A stretch of 64,000 nucleotides of DNA from Candidatus Bathyarchaeota archaeon (GCA_963833575.1 CAWHXY010000004.1:448001-512000), one strand, 5' to 3'; shown: positions 18,639 through 28,324, numbered from the stretch's first letter. Notes: generated from the letters alone by a model not told the origin. Made by a program: numbers and translations.

Positions 18639-19748
18639 CTATAGTTTTTTAAAGTCTTCCAACGCCTTCTTGAGGTCCATTGCTGCGTTGAAAGATAGAT
18701 CATCGCTATCATATTCAATTCTTTTTAGACCCTTAAGATTTGGAGGCAGATCTATTTTTCTCTCAACCAACAAAATAACTTGCTTACTATATTTCAGATA
18801 AGCTGCGTTGATTTCAGAGGTGATATTTGAATTGAGGATGTAAAGTCCGCTGTATCTTCTCTCCTGTTCAGCGGCTGCGATATTTATTATTGCGCAATCA
18901 CAGTCTTTCATCAATCCAAATTTATTGTTAGGAATTGGCACGGAAGTTTCTTCTTTGTCTCCTATTACAGAGTCATAATGAAGAAAATCTAACATTTTCT
19001 TTACTTGTTCAGAGACCTTGGTGTTGCTATTAGATATAAAGATCCGAGGTTTCAGGTCTTCTATTTGGGGCTCACTCGGGTTTCTTTCATCAAAAGTTGC
19101 TGTTTTTGTCATTCGATCATCTGTTATATGTTCAGGTGGCACGTCAAAGGTAACCTTTGAATGGGCAAGGTTCTTAATCCTATCAGCATAGCGCTTATTC
19201 AATAGTTCATTTATGCGCAGTAGCTCAAGTTCAATTTCATTATCCATAGCTGTTATTTTTCCCTCAAGGGCATCGTTATCAAAATCGAATCCTACAATTG
19301 TGCCCTTTTGTGCTCTTCCCTTTATTAACAGTCTAACAAAGGCTTCAACCTCGGCCAAGCTGACAGGACCGGATTGTTTGATCAAGAGGGGTTGGCCTCC
19401 TTCAGTAAACCCGTTTACTCCCGAAGATGAGTCGGCTAGTTTACCATTGAATTTTTTAATTACCCACGCTTCGAAGTCGCGAGATGATATCATACTGAGA
19501 CGCTTTTGATTCATCCGCTTCCTTAAAAGAAATACAAAGGTAACTCCAACAACTACAGCTACAACCGCTATGATTCCACCAATAAGTAATAAGACTGTTG
19601 CACTTCCAAGCGTTGCTGCTTTTGTTGGGGTTGGCAGTAATGTAGAGGTTGTCGGTGTTGATGTTTGACAATAAGACAGCTGTGAAAATAGTACAACTGA
19701 AAAAAGAAAACACATTGCGAAAATGGTTACTATCGTTTTTTTGTTCAT
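18639..19748 (-). CDS. Membrane-anchored protein with degenerate Mrr-like domain and C-terminal TIR-like domain
   Basis: Signal peptide, Thr/Pro linker, TM; SRDFEAWV...GVNG...LIKQS (Mrr-like); RIFISNS...CDCAIINI...NITSEINAA...LPPNLKGL (CAP12/PF10137-like TIR). Confidence 0.7.
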   Translation of the reverse strand: MNKKTIVTIFAMCFLFSVVLFSQLSYCQTSTPTTSTLLPTPTKAATLGSATVLLLIGGIIAVVAVVVGVTFVFLLRKRMNQKRLSMISSRDFEAWVIKKFNGKLADSSSGVNGFTEGGQPLLIKQSGPVSLAEVEAFVRLLIKGRAQKGTIVGFDFDNDALEGKITAMDNEIELELLRINELLNKRYADRIKNLAHSKVTFDVPPEHITDDRMTKTATFDERNPSEPQIEDLKPRIFISNSNTKVSEQVKKMLDFLHYDSVIGDKEETSVPIPNNKFGLMKDCDCAIINIAAAEQERRYSGLYILNSNITSEINAAYLKYSKQVILLVERKIDLPPNLKGLKRIEYDSDDLSFNAAMDLKKALEDFKKL

Positions 19749-19979
19749 GATGTTACATGCTCTTAAGTGGATAATGTTTTACTCCCGACCATAGATAAAT
19801 GCCTATAGCGAATGGAAAGGTATTGGGCATATCGCCTTAAAAAACTATTGAAAAGAAATTTGTGTCTCAATTCAGCTGTTAACATTCGCCATCAAATTCT
19901 TGTTACAGAAATAACGAGAGAGAATAAGGACCCGTCTGTTTTCTGCGGAAATAAGCCCGTTTACAGTTTTGCTCAAATA

Positions 19980-20067
19980 TGGTGCAGGGGGTGGGATTCG
20001 AACCCACGAACGCCTACGCGATAGGGTCCTAAGCCCTACTCCGTTGACCTGGCTTGGAGACCCCTGC
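19980..20067 (-). tRNA. tRNA-Leu(TAG), CCA encoded
   Basis: GCAGGGG/CCCCTGC acceptor, TAGGG-CTTAGGA-CCCTA anticodon arm, long variable arm, GTTCGAAT T loop. Confidence 0.96.
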
Positions 20068-20228
20068 AGAACCTTTGGCTTTGAGAATACTTAGCATCCT
20101 TTAATATTTATTTACCCCTCAAGCTTTCATCGTTTCAGCTGTATTTTGCAACAAACATGTCCAGAAAATTTTGGTTAACCGTAAGCTCTTTATTTAATAG
20201 CGCAGTTGTTTCAAAGAGAAAATAGTTT

Positions 20229-20305
20229 GCCTTCGTAGCCTAGCCCGGTGGGGCGTTACCTTGGTAAGGTAATGGTCGCGGGTCCAAATCCCGCCGAAGG
20301 CTCCA
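20229..20305 (+). tRNA. tRNA-Thr(GGT), CCA encoded
   Basis: GCCTTCG/CGAAGGC acceptor, TTACC-TTGGTAA-GGTAA anticodon arm, T arm GCGGG-TCCAAAT-CCCGC. Confidence 0.93.
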
Positions 20306-20524
20306 CATTTGCCCCTGATTCATTGAATGGTCTTGATTTGCGCTTTTCCCGTTGCTGCAGAATTCCGCAATGCCGCTGCAATTTTCCGTAACGCCCGCAA
20401 GCAGAGAAAGTTCTGTGCGGATTTTTTCGGCTTTGACTTTCAAGCGGCAGCGCAATGAACGTTGATAGTTCGAGTTAAAATTGGACGGATCTCGAAGAAA
20501 TTCTTGTTCCGTTTTGCTGAGCAT
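20240..20524 (-). pseudogene. ORF reading antisense into tRNA-Thr; probable N-terminal fragment of a split (SSV-type) integrase
   Basis: MLSKTEQEFLRDP...; C-terminal WSLRRDLDPRPLPYQG is the antisense tRNA; lies at the att junction. Confidence 0.5.
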
Positions 20525-21296
20525 AAAAAAAATATGCCTTGAGCGATATTTAATCGCTCCTAAAGGTTTTCTTGCGGTAGTGGATATTTCAGGAAGCTTA
20601 AGAGCGTCAAAACACTAAGGCAAAATTGTTGAGCACTCTGAACCCGCGAATTGTTTTGAGTCCTAACGATCTTGCGATAGTCTTAAGGAATGCCGACCCA
20701 TTTTTGATATACGGCTCCATGAAAGCTACTTGACCGGCATAGAGAATAAGATTTCTATTTTATTATTTTGTTTTTTATATGTTCTGATGATAAGATAAAT
20801 CCTGATGAGCCTTCCTCTATGGGGGGTAAAATTTTGGAAGGCCTTGGTAACCAGATTAGCCGGTATCATAGTACAATTCTATGTAACCGCACTCTTGACA
20901 CGTGTATGTCCTGGCTGGAATGAACCTATTTGTTTTGACACTATATCCTCTGATTCCTTTGGAAGCTGTAACTATTGCTGATAAATCTTTAGACTTTTTC
21001 ATTGAACCACTGCATTTAGGGCAAGTTTTCAAGGTCGACATAGACAATTATTTTGGAGTAGATTGTATTAAACGCTTTCACAAAACGGAGAGATCTATCG
21101 CTAGGGGTTCTGATGATATGCTTTTGACCCATGATCTTTTTCCACTATTCCCAGATTTTGGAAGACCTTGAACTTTTTTGATAAACTCGAGCCCTATACT
21201 ATTTATTAATATTGGATTCAGGTCATCTTTAATAAAGTGAATCTTAGAAGCTTGTTTTGAGTAAATGGTTGCTGGTCCAAATCCCGCCGAAGGCTC
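20281..21296. mobile_element. ~1-kb relic island integrated at tRNA-Thr
   Basis: 23-bp exact direct repeat GGTCCAAATCCCGCCGAAGGCTC at 20281-20303 and 21274-21296, extendable by 10 nt with 2 mismatches. Confidence 0.8.
20856..21047 (-). CDS. Small zinc-ribbon protein
   Basis: CPKC...CQECGYIELY. Confidence 0.7.
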   Translation of the reverse strand: MSMSTLKTCPKCSGSMKKSKDLSAIVTASKGIRGYSVKTNRFIPARTYTCQECGYIELYYDTG

Positions 21297-21335
21297 TAAA
21301 TATCGAAACCGACTTGATTTGCATTAAAGGCTTAT

Positions 21336-22631
21336 TTGGAAAAACGTTCTTATCCCATCAATGCAAGTAGTTGGACAAGAGAGAGGGGACATGTGGTTAA
21401 CTTCTCGTTTGCTAAGCGCGAGATCGGTATTTTAGCCATTGTGCTTTTTGTTTCCTTTTTGATCAGGGTTCTTTTGTTTCCACAAAAAGGGTACCCGATT
21501 GACACGGGAGATTTTTCTTATTGGTTTAACGCTGCTGCTACGCATGGAATAAGAACATTTTATAGTGGTGGGGTTTTTGCTGATTATCCACCTTTTAATG
21601 TTTACATTTTCTGGGTATTCGGCTCTCTGGCAAAGGCGGCATCGATTAACATTTTGACTATGATAAAGTTGGTTCCTAACCTCTTCGATTTAGCCACCGC
21701 AGTATTGATTTACTTTTTTGTCAGAAAGCAATCCACTTTCAAACTTGCTCTCGTAGCAACTGCTCTTTACACTTTTAACCCAGCCGTAATCTTTAACGCG
21801 GCAGTATGGGGTCAATTTGACGCGCTTTACACTTTCTTTCTTGTTCTCTCGCTTGTGCTTGCGCTTAAATCTAAGCCTGAACTTTCCGCCGTTGCATTGG
21901 CAATTGGACTTCTTACCAAGCCACAAGGAATTGCTCTGTTGCCGCTTATTGCGTTTTTGATCTATAAGAAAGGCGGTTTGAAAAAGCTGTTATATTCTGT
22001 GGTTGTTTTTACCGCAACGGTTTTCTTGGTTATTCTTCCGTTTGAATGGAGCAATCCAGTGACTTTTTTGACCAATATTTACTTTGGAGCTTATGGAGGG
22101 TACGCGTACACTTCGATTAACGCCTTTAACCTATGGGGTTTGTATGGGTTATGGGTACCTGATGGAATCCTCAACATTGTGGGATGGGCGTTATTTGGTG
22201 CCTTTACAACTTTCGTATTGTTCTTTTTGCACAAGCGTTTTAAGGTTTCAGGCGATTCGCTCGCTGTTTTCTCTGCATTCATGCTTCTCTTTGCATTTTT
22301 TATGCTTCCAACAAGAATCCATGAGCGGTACCTGTTTCCAGCCATAAGTATGTTGGCACTGATGTTTCCGTTAATCAAAAAGGTACGCCCACTTTATCTA
22401 GCTTTAACAGCGACCTTGTTTGTCAATGAAGCATACGTTTTGTATTGGCTTAATGCTTCTTACCCTAATGCAGCTCCCAATTTGACTGGAGACCCAGTTG
22501 TTTTGGTGGTAAGCGCTATTAATTTATTGATGCTCGTATATGCTTCAATAATAATGTTGAACAAACGCACTTGGCTCAAAGGCGAACCTGCAGCACCAAA
22601 TCAAACATTGGCTAGGAAGGAGCCAGCATGA
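21336..22631 (+). CDS. GT-C fold polytopic glycosyltransferase (ALG6/DUF2029-like)
   Basis: DYPP, FNPA, WGQFD, KPQ, HERY motifs; many TM helices; true start probably ~21393. Confidence 0.8.
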   Translation: MEKRSYPINASSWTRERGHVVNFSFAKREIGILAIVLFVSFLIRVLLFPQKGYPIDTGDFSYWFNAAATHGIRTFYSGGVFADYPPFNVYIFWVFGSLAKAASINILTMIKLVPNLFDLATAVLIYFFVRKQSTFKLALVATALYTFNPAVIFNAAVWGQFDALYTFFLVLSLVLALKSKPELSAVALAIGLLTKPQGIALLPLIAFLIYKKGGLKKLLYSVVVFTATVFLVILPFEWSNPVTFLTNIYFGAYGGYAYTSINAFNLWGLYGLWVPDGILNIVGWALFGAFTTFVLFFLHKRFKVSGDSLAVFSAFMLLFAFFMLPTRIHERYLFPAISMLALMFPLIKKVRPLYLALTATLFVNEAYVLYWLNASYPNAAPNLTGDPVVLVVSAINLLMLVYASIIMLNKRTWLKGEPAAPNQTLARKEPA

Positions 22632-24388
22632 ACCTGAATCTTGACTTAAAAATTACCAAGAAAGATCTTGTAACCATAATTTTACTTTCAGTAGTTTTCT
22701 TCTCAATAGCTGTGGTGAATCTTGGCTTAACCCAATCGCCAACAACAACAGCTCAACTTACAGCGGGACAAGCCTTCTACCTTGATCTGGGCAGTTCAAC
22801 CAACGTTAAGTCGATGGTTTTGCTGCTGAAACAGGGCGCGATGAACGTTACAATATCAACGGGATCCCCAGGCAACTGGCAGAATAACTCAATCAACAGT
22901 CTTTGGCCTTCTGCTACATCTGAGGATTATTACAAGTGGCATGAAGTAACTATTGGAGAAACCACTCAGTATTTAGAAGTTAACTTTAGCCAGGCAGGAA
23001 GCTTCCCCACAATAATCGCTGAGATAGCAATTATAGATCAAAATAATCAGCAAGTGACGATTAAATCGTTAAATGATGAGGGCAGCGGAAACCCAAACCT
23101 GCATAACCTTATAGACGAGCAAGGCATGGTTCAATATCCTTCAGATTACATGCAGAACACCTATTTTGATGAAATCTATTTTGTTAGAACAGCAGAGCAA
23201 TACTTGCATTCGCAGTTACCATACGAATGGACTCACCCACCGCTTGGAAAACTGATTCAAGCCTCAAGTCTCTTAATTTTCGGTTTTAACCCGTTTGGAT
23301 GGAGAATAATGGGCGTCATCTTTGCCACATTGATGATTCCGCTTATTTACTTATTTGGCAAAAAAATGTTTGGCACATGGATAGGGGGTTTTTCGGCTGC
23401 ATTTCTGCTTACATTTGATTTCATGCATTTCACCATGGCGCGAATGGGTACTGCGGATACCTACATAGTCTTCTTTTCTTTAGCTTCACAACTGTTCTTT
23501 TTCATCTACGTCAAAAATGTTTTAGATAAAGGCTGGAAAACCAGCATTATACCATTGTTCTTTGCATTTTTCTTTTTTGCTTTAGGTTTTTCAAGCAAGT
23601 GGCTTGTTCTCTACGGATTTGTAGGGGAATTGTTGCTCCTAGTTGTTCTGAGGCTTAACGAAGTTAGAAAGCTCAAAAGCAATTTAACCTCGAAAATTTA
23701 TGCATTCCTTGATCACCCATACTCTGTAATTGTTGCTTTCGTTTTAATGGCAATAGGGATTTACTTTTTAACTTACATTCCTGACATGCTTGCAGGCAGG
23801 TCATTCTTTGACGTAATAAACTTGCAGGGTCAAATGTACATTTACCACACAACTTTGACTGCAACTCATCCCTTCTCTTCGCCATGGTACAGCTGGCCTT
23901 TCATGTTTGATCCCATAAATAATGCAGTGCATGTTCCAGTTTGGCTTCAGTCAGCATCTCTCTCAAATGGACTCACCTCAACCATTGTCGTCATGGGCAA
24001 CCCAGCAGTTTGGTGGATCGGCTTTGCCGCAATAATTGGGTTAACAGTTTATTATTTACCTAAAGTTTTCAGGAAGAATTTTAGTTTGAAACAGTACTTG
24101 CCAGCAATATTTTTAATAATCGTATTCTTTTTCCAGTGGATACCATACGTGCTGTTAACTAGAGTGATCTTCATCTACCATTTCTACTCGAATGTGCCAA
24201 TTCTCTGTTTAGCGTCAGCGTTTGTAATAAGCAAATATTGGGGCAACAAATGGATGAAAATCTCAGCAATAGTCTACTTTGTATTGACAATTGCTTTTTT
24301 CATTCTGTTCTATTCAGTTATTTCAGGCGTACCCACAACAACCGCAACTATTGATAGTTTGAAATGGTTCGGAAGCTGGGTGTTCTAA
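22628..24388 (+). CDS. Dolichyl-phosphate-mannose-protein mannosyltransferase-like (PMT/GT39)
   Basis: YFDEIYF, HPPLGK, FGWR, SKW, HPFSSPWYSWP, GNP, FIYHF motifs; N-terminal extracellular domain. Confidence 0.85.
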   Translation: MNLNLDLKITKKDLVTIILLSVVFFSIAVVNLGLTQSPTTTAQLTAGQAFYLDLGSSTNVKSMVLLLKQGAMNVTISTGSPGNWQNNSINSLWPSATSEDYYKWHEVTIGETTQYLEVNFSQAGSFPTIIAEIAIIDQNNQQVTIKSLNDEGSGNPNLHNLIDEQGMVQYPSDYMQNTYFDEIYFVRTAEQYLHSQLPYEWTHPPLGKLIQASSLLIFGFNPFGWRIMGVIFATLMIPLIYLFGKKMFGTWIGGFSAAFLLTFDFMHFTMARMGTADTYIVFFSLASQLFFFIYVKNVLDKGWKTSIIPLFFAFFFFALGFSSKWLVLYGFVGELLLLVVLRLNEVRKLKSNLTSKIYAFLDHPYSVIVAFVLMAIGIYFLTYIPDMLAGRSFFDVINLQGQMYIYHTTLTATHPFSSPWYSWPFMFDPINNAVHVPVWLQSASLSNGLTSTIVVMGNPAVWWIGFAAIIGLTVYYLPKVFRKNFSLKQYLPAIFLIIVFFFQWIPYVLLTRVIFIYHFYSNVPILCLASAFVISKYWGNKWMKISAIVYFVLTIAFFILFYSVISGVPTTTATIDSLKWFGSWVF

Positions 24389-25135
24389 TTGGAGAAGGAA
24401 AATGTCTCTCAAGATAAAATGATAGTTTCAGTTGTTCTCCCAGCGTATAATGAAGTGGAAAAGTTAGAAGGCGCTGTGGCGAAGGTAACCCAAGCCCTGA
24501 AAGAGGATGGATACGCCTATGAAATTATTATTGCCGAAGATGGCAGTACAGACGGCACTGCTGAAAAGGCTGAACAGTTGGCGCAAAAACAAACCTATGT
24601 TAAGCACATTCACCGGGAGAAACGTTTGGGCAGAGGAACCGCACTTAACAATGCATTCAAGCATAGCAGTGGCAAGGTCTTTGTTTATATGGATTTGGAC
24701 TTAGCCACCGACCTCAAGTACCTTAAGCCTCTTGTTGACGCAATAGCTGTTGAAGGCTATGACTTCTCAACAGGTTCAAGAATGTTGCCTGAAAGCAAGG
24801 TTCAACGTTCTCTAAGGAGAAGCATAAGCTCTAAAACTTACAATTTCCTTGTTCGACACATGCTTGGTTCTAAACTTAAAGACCACCAGTGCGGTTTCAA
24901 AGGCTTCAAGAAAGAACCAACTTTGAAATTGCTCGATGAAGTAGAAGCAACACATTGGTTTTGGGACACAGAAATGATGGTTAGAGCTTACCGCCACGGA
25001 TACAAAATAAAAGAGATTGCCGTAGAATGGAATAGCGGTAGAGACACAAAGGTTAGCCTCTTTAAAGATTCATGGAACATGTTTCGGCAAATAATGGGAC
25101 TTTGGTGGAAACTAAAAGTAAAACGTGAAAGCTAA
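24389..25135 (+). CDS. Dolichyl-phosphate hexose synthase (GT2, DPM/DPG-like)
   Basis: LPAYNE, EDGSTDGT, MDLDLA, GSR, DHQCGFK, WFWDTE. Confidence 0.88.
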   Translation: MEKENVSQDKMIVSVVLPAYNEVEKLEGAVAKVTQALKEDGYAYEIIIAEDGSTDGTAEKAEQLAQKQTYVKHIHREKRLGRGTALNNAFKHSSGKVFVYMDLDLATDLKYLKPLVDAIAVEGYDFSTGSRMLPESKVQRSLRRSISSKTYNFLVRHMLGSKLKDHQCGFKGFKKEPTLKLLDEVEATHWFWDTEMMVRAYRHGYKIKEIAVEWNSGRDTKVSLFKDSWNMFRQIMGLWWKLKVKRES

Positions 25136-25632
25136 CGATTACGCCCGACTATCAGAATAAACGCTCTAGTCACCAAGGACAAGCCTGCTATCAGAATTAT
25201 CCCAGCCCAAAATACAAACCATTCGCTCTGCAAGGTCATGTTAACAAGGTAAGTAATTATTAGGTAGCTTGTTCCGAGCCAAAAAACTAGATTTTCAATC
25301 GTTTCTGCTTTTCTTGCAATAGGCGAATGGAGCAAAATTCTGACCGTTAATATAACGATTTCTAAAATGCCTACACCAACGCTGAATTGAAATGCAGCAT
25401 TATAAAGAAGCATGTGAGAAGCCGGACTTAATGGAGCTGGCAAAGATACGCTAGTTCCTGGAACTTGAGCAAGAGTGAGTGTGCTGAAAAAATTGACGAG
25501 GCTGCCCCAAACCCCAGTATCAAGGACGAAAACTAAAGCCAATATGATAAAAATGGCGCCGACATACAAGGCAGTAACCAAGCTTTCCTTTTTCTTATCG
25601 GTAAACGCTTGAGTACCTGACACTTCAGTCAA
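25132..25632 (-). CDS. Hypothetical membrane protein
   Basis: Four hydrophobic segments; TTG start at 25632 preferred. Confidence 0.65.
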   Translation of the reverse strand: MTEVSGTQAFTDKKKESLVTALYVGAIFIILALVFVLDTGVWGSLVNFFSTLTLAQVPGTSVSLPAPLSPASHMLLYNAAFQFSVGVGILEIVILTVRILLHSPIARKAETIENLVFWLGTSYLIITYLVNMTLQSEWFVFWAGIILIAGLSLVTRAFILIVGRNR

Positions 25633-25752
25633 GCTATCGTCTCTTCCTATTCGAGTATAAAACGTTGACACTTGGCAAATATATCTTTCTATGTAAGAAA
25701 AAAGTACACATTTTAAATACTCAGAGCTGTAATCCGTAAAGTAGGAGCGAAA

Positions 25753-26178
25753 TTGATGTCTTATTGTCCGAAATGCGGCAATAAAGTTGACGAAACAATG
25801 GCTTTCTGCCCACACTGTGGAGCATCACTAAAAGGAACCTCAACTCCAGGGCAAACACCTCCAACTCAACCTTACCAATATGAAAAAGCCGAAAAAAATG
25901 AGAAAAGAGAGAAACAGGAAAAACGTGCGCAACCTGAAAAAGGCGAAAAACAAGAGAAAAGTGAATACAGCTTTGTAGGCTATCTTATCGGAGGTTTAAT
26001 ACTTATCACTATAGGCATTTTCGCTTTGATAGATTTAACAAATCCTTTGAATTCAAGTCAAGACTTAGCCGCCATGTTGCTGATAATCGGCGTAATCATA
26101 ATAGTTGGCGCCATATACATTGCCATCACAGCGCGAAAACGATTTCCATCTACTCACTCATCGGAGCAGCTTTCCTAA
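25753..26178 (+). CDS. Zinc-ribbon membrane protein with EK repeats
   Basis: CPKCG..CPHCG, (EKx)n tract, two TM helices. Confidence 0.75.
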   Translation: MMSYCPKCGNKVDETMAFCPHCGASLKGTSTPGQTPPTQPYQYEKAEKNEKREKQEKRAQPEKGEKQEKSEYSFVGYLIGGLILITIGIFALIDLTNPLNSSQDLAAMLLIIGVIIIVGAIYIAITARKRFPSTHSSEQLS

Positions 26179-27300
26179 AAACAATCGGTAAACTCTATGT
26201 TCCAAAAGAGTTGATGTGTTGTTACGCCCGAATATTCGATAATAGTTTTTGCCAGCTGCTTCCACTAAATCACCGATATCATATCGGGGAAACATGCAGG
26301 AAGAAATTATTAGTCTGCCCCATTCGCCACGTTTAAGTTCATGCAGCATTTTAACGCCTTTGTCAGTCGCAACCTCAAAAAAATATGAATCATAATTGGG
26401 TGTTACGTATGGCAAATCGTCGAGTTGCTGGCCAAAGACGCCTTCAGTCGCAGTGTACATTTCCACTATCGGCACGTCACCAAAGTACGCTTTCAATATT
26501 GGACCCCATTTGTACTGAATTTTGCTCACGCTGGTGCAAAAGAGCGCCTGAAACTTCCACAGGTCGGCTGGTTTTTTCCCGTGCTTCCGCTTGATGTACC
26601 TGGCAAAAGACAAAATTACAGGAGTTACACCCATAGTGGCTGTAACATCTTTATTTAGCGCTTGTTGATAAACCAACTCAAAGCGTTTCTCCCAATCCTG
26701 CCTTCTAAGCTCAGCGCCTAAAGCGTCTATTTCTTCCTGTCGAGGCAATAGACTCACTCTATCAAACATTGGATTGAGTTTTGCATATGTTCCCGAGCTA
26801 TAACCATAGTTAACTTGCTTTCCGTTATTGTCCATTGTATGGACATTTGATGGAAAATTTAGATTAAGAATTGATCCAATAAAAACTTGGTAGTTTTTTT
26901 TCTGTAATGCAAAGTTAACTATTCCTCTTGCCCCACAAGAATAAATTTGTTTTAGATGCGTTTGGGTTGCGGGCAAAACTTTGGATTTCCCCGTTGAGCC
27001 GCGGGTCATGACCCAACATTCGGCTGGTTCAGGCAAAATCGACCTATAGTTTCCTTCTCTGATTTGTTCTAGATAAGGAATAAGATCAGAATAATTGATT
27101 ATGGGAAAGTTTGTTTTGTAATCTGAAATGTTCTTTATGCGTTGCGCGTTATGATTTTGTCCGTAGTCAGTGGAACTATACTTTTGAAGGAGCTCATTTA
27201 GTACTTGCTCTTGTGCTTTTTTCGGATTTGACAGCGATTCATACCAAGAATCAATAAATGGCTTTAGAATACTGTTGATGCTGTCTTCGTTGGGCATCAT
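26158..27300 (-). CDS. GH3 (acyl-acid amido synthetase-like) family protein, short form
   Basis: TRGSTGKSK P-loop-like, YTATEG, RYDIGD motifs. Confidence 0.8.
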   Translation of the reverse strand: MMPNEDSINSILKPFIDSWYESLSNPKKAQEQVLNELLQKYSSTDYGQNHNAQRIKNISDYKTNFPIINYSDLIPYLEQIREGNYRSILPEPAECWVMTRGSTGKSKVLPATQTHLKQIYSCGARGIVNFALQKKNYQVFIGSILNLNFPSNVHTMDNNGKQVNYGYSSGTYAKLNPMFDRVSLLPRQEEIDALGAELRRQDWEKRFELVYQQALNKDVTATMGVTPVILSFARYIKRKHGKKPADLWKFQALFCTSVSKIQYKWGPILKAYFGDVPIVEMYTATEGVFGQQLDDLPYVTPNYDSYFFEVATDKGVKMLHELKRGEWGRLIISSCMFPRYDIGDLVEAAGKNYYRIFGRNNTSTLLEHRVYRLFLGKLLR

Positions 27301-27397
27301 GTGACTCGCTGTTTAAATTTGTTATGAATTTGCTTATATGCTTCTCTATAAATAAATTAGTCAGCCAGAAACCTTGGTTATTTAAGGGTTGAAGTTT

Positions 27398-28324
27398 ATG
27401 AGTGAAACAGTTCGTGCCACAGCTGACAAAATAAAAAAGTTGGAAGTTCAAGGAGCGAGAAACGTTGCGATAGCTGCAATAAAAGCTATGCAAACATTGG
27501 CAGAGCAGACGAAAGCAAAAAACAAATCCGCCTTCTTACAGGAGCTCAAGGAAGCTCAAGATTTGCTTTTTGAGTCAAGGGAAACTGAGCCTTTAATGAG
27601 AAATGCTGTGCGTTGGATAATCACTCAAGCCCAAGGAAGTAGCACCGAAAAGGTCGACGCTATTAGCCAAATGGTTTCTTCCAATGTTTGTTTGTTTTTG
27701 CAGAATCTTGAGGCTTCAAGAGAACGAACCGCGGAAATAGGTTCTAAACGAATTCAAGATGGCATGTTAGTTTTTACTCATTGTCATTCTTCAACAGTAA
27801 CTCGAATGTTGGCCAAAGCCAAAGCTGACGGCAAAAACTTTAGCGTCATATGTACCGAAACAAGACCTGCCTTTCAAGGTAGAATAACCGCTCGAGAAAT
27901 GATCAAACTTGATATCCAAACCTTGTTTATTGTTGATTCAGCCGCGCGCTCCTATATGGGAGATGTTGACCTCGTTGTGGTAGGTGCGGACGCAATTTCT
28001 TCTGAGGGCAATGTGGTTAACAAAATTGGAACCAGCAGCATAGCAGTTTTAGCCAATGAAGCTAGAAAGCCGTTGTATGTTGTTTCGGAATTGTTAAAGT
28101 TTGATCCAGCAACTCTGTTTGGAGAGTATGAAGGGATTGAACAGCGGACTCCCAGTGAAGTTTGGAAAGAAGCTCCCGAGAAACTTTCCGTGCGAAATCC
28201 AGCGTTTGATGTTACCCCAAGTCGCTATATTCACGGAATAATCTGCGAGGAAGGAATAATTGCTCCTCAATCAATAGTTGAAACGGTAAACCGAAGCTAT
28301 CCGTGGGTTTTCAAGCCAATTTAA
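27398..28324 (+). CDS. Ribose-1,5-bisphosphate isomerase (eIF2B-like)
   Basis: VQGA, RETEP, THCHSS, ETRP, VGAD, NKIGT, NPAFDVTP; clustered with RuBisCO and AMP phosphorylase. Confidence 0.9.
   Translation: MSETVRATADKIKKLEVQGARNVAIAAIKAMQTLAEQTKAKNKSAFLQELKEAQDLLFESRETEPLMRNAVRWIITQAQGSSTEKVDAISQMVSSNVCLFLQNLEASRERTAEIGSKRIQDGMLVFTHCHSSTVTRMLAKAKADGKNFSVICTETRPAFQGRITAREMIKLDIQTLFIVDSAARSYMGDVDLVVVGADAISSEGNVVNKIGTSSIAVLANEARKPLYVVSELLKFDPATLFGEYEGIEQRTPSEVWKEAPEKLSVRNPAFDVTPSRYIHGIICEEGIIAPQSIVETVNRSYPWVFKPI

Noticed and set aside
20802-20842. CTGATGA followed by a 7-bp stem (GCCTTCC/GGAAGGC), resembling a hammerhead ribozyme core
   Set aside because: The required GAAA after stem II is absent and stems I/III are not evident; more likely a hairpin downstream of the zinc-ribbon gene
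25880-25965. GAAAAA-type repeats
   Set aside because: Explained by the coding (EKx)n tract of the zinc-ribbon membrane protein
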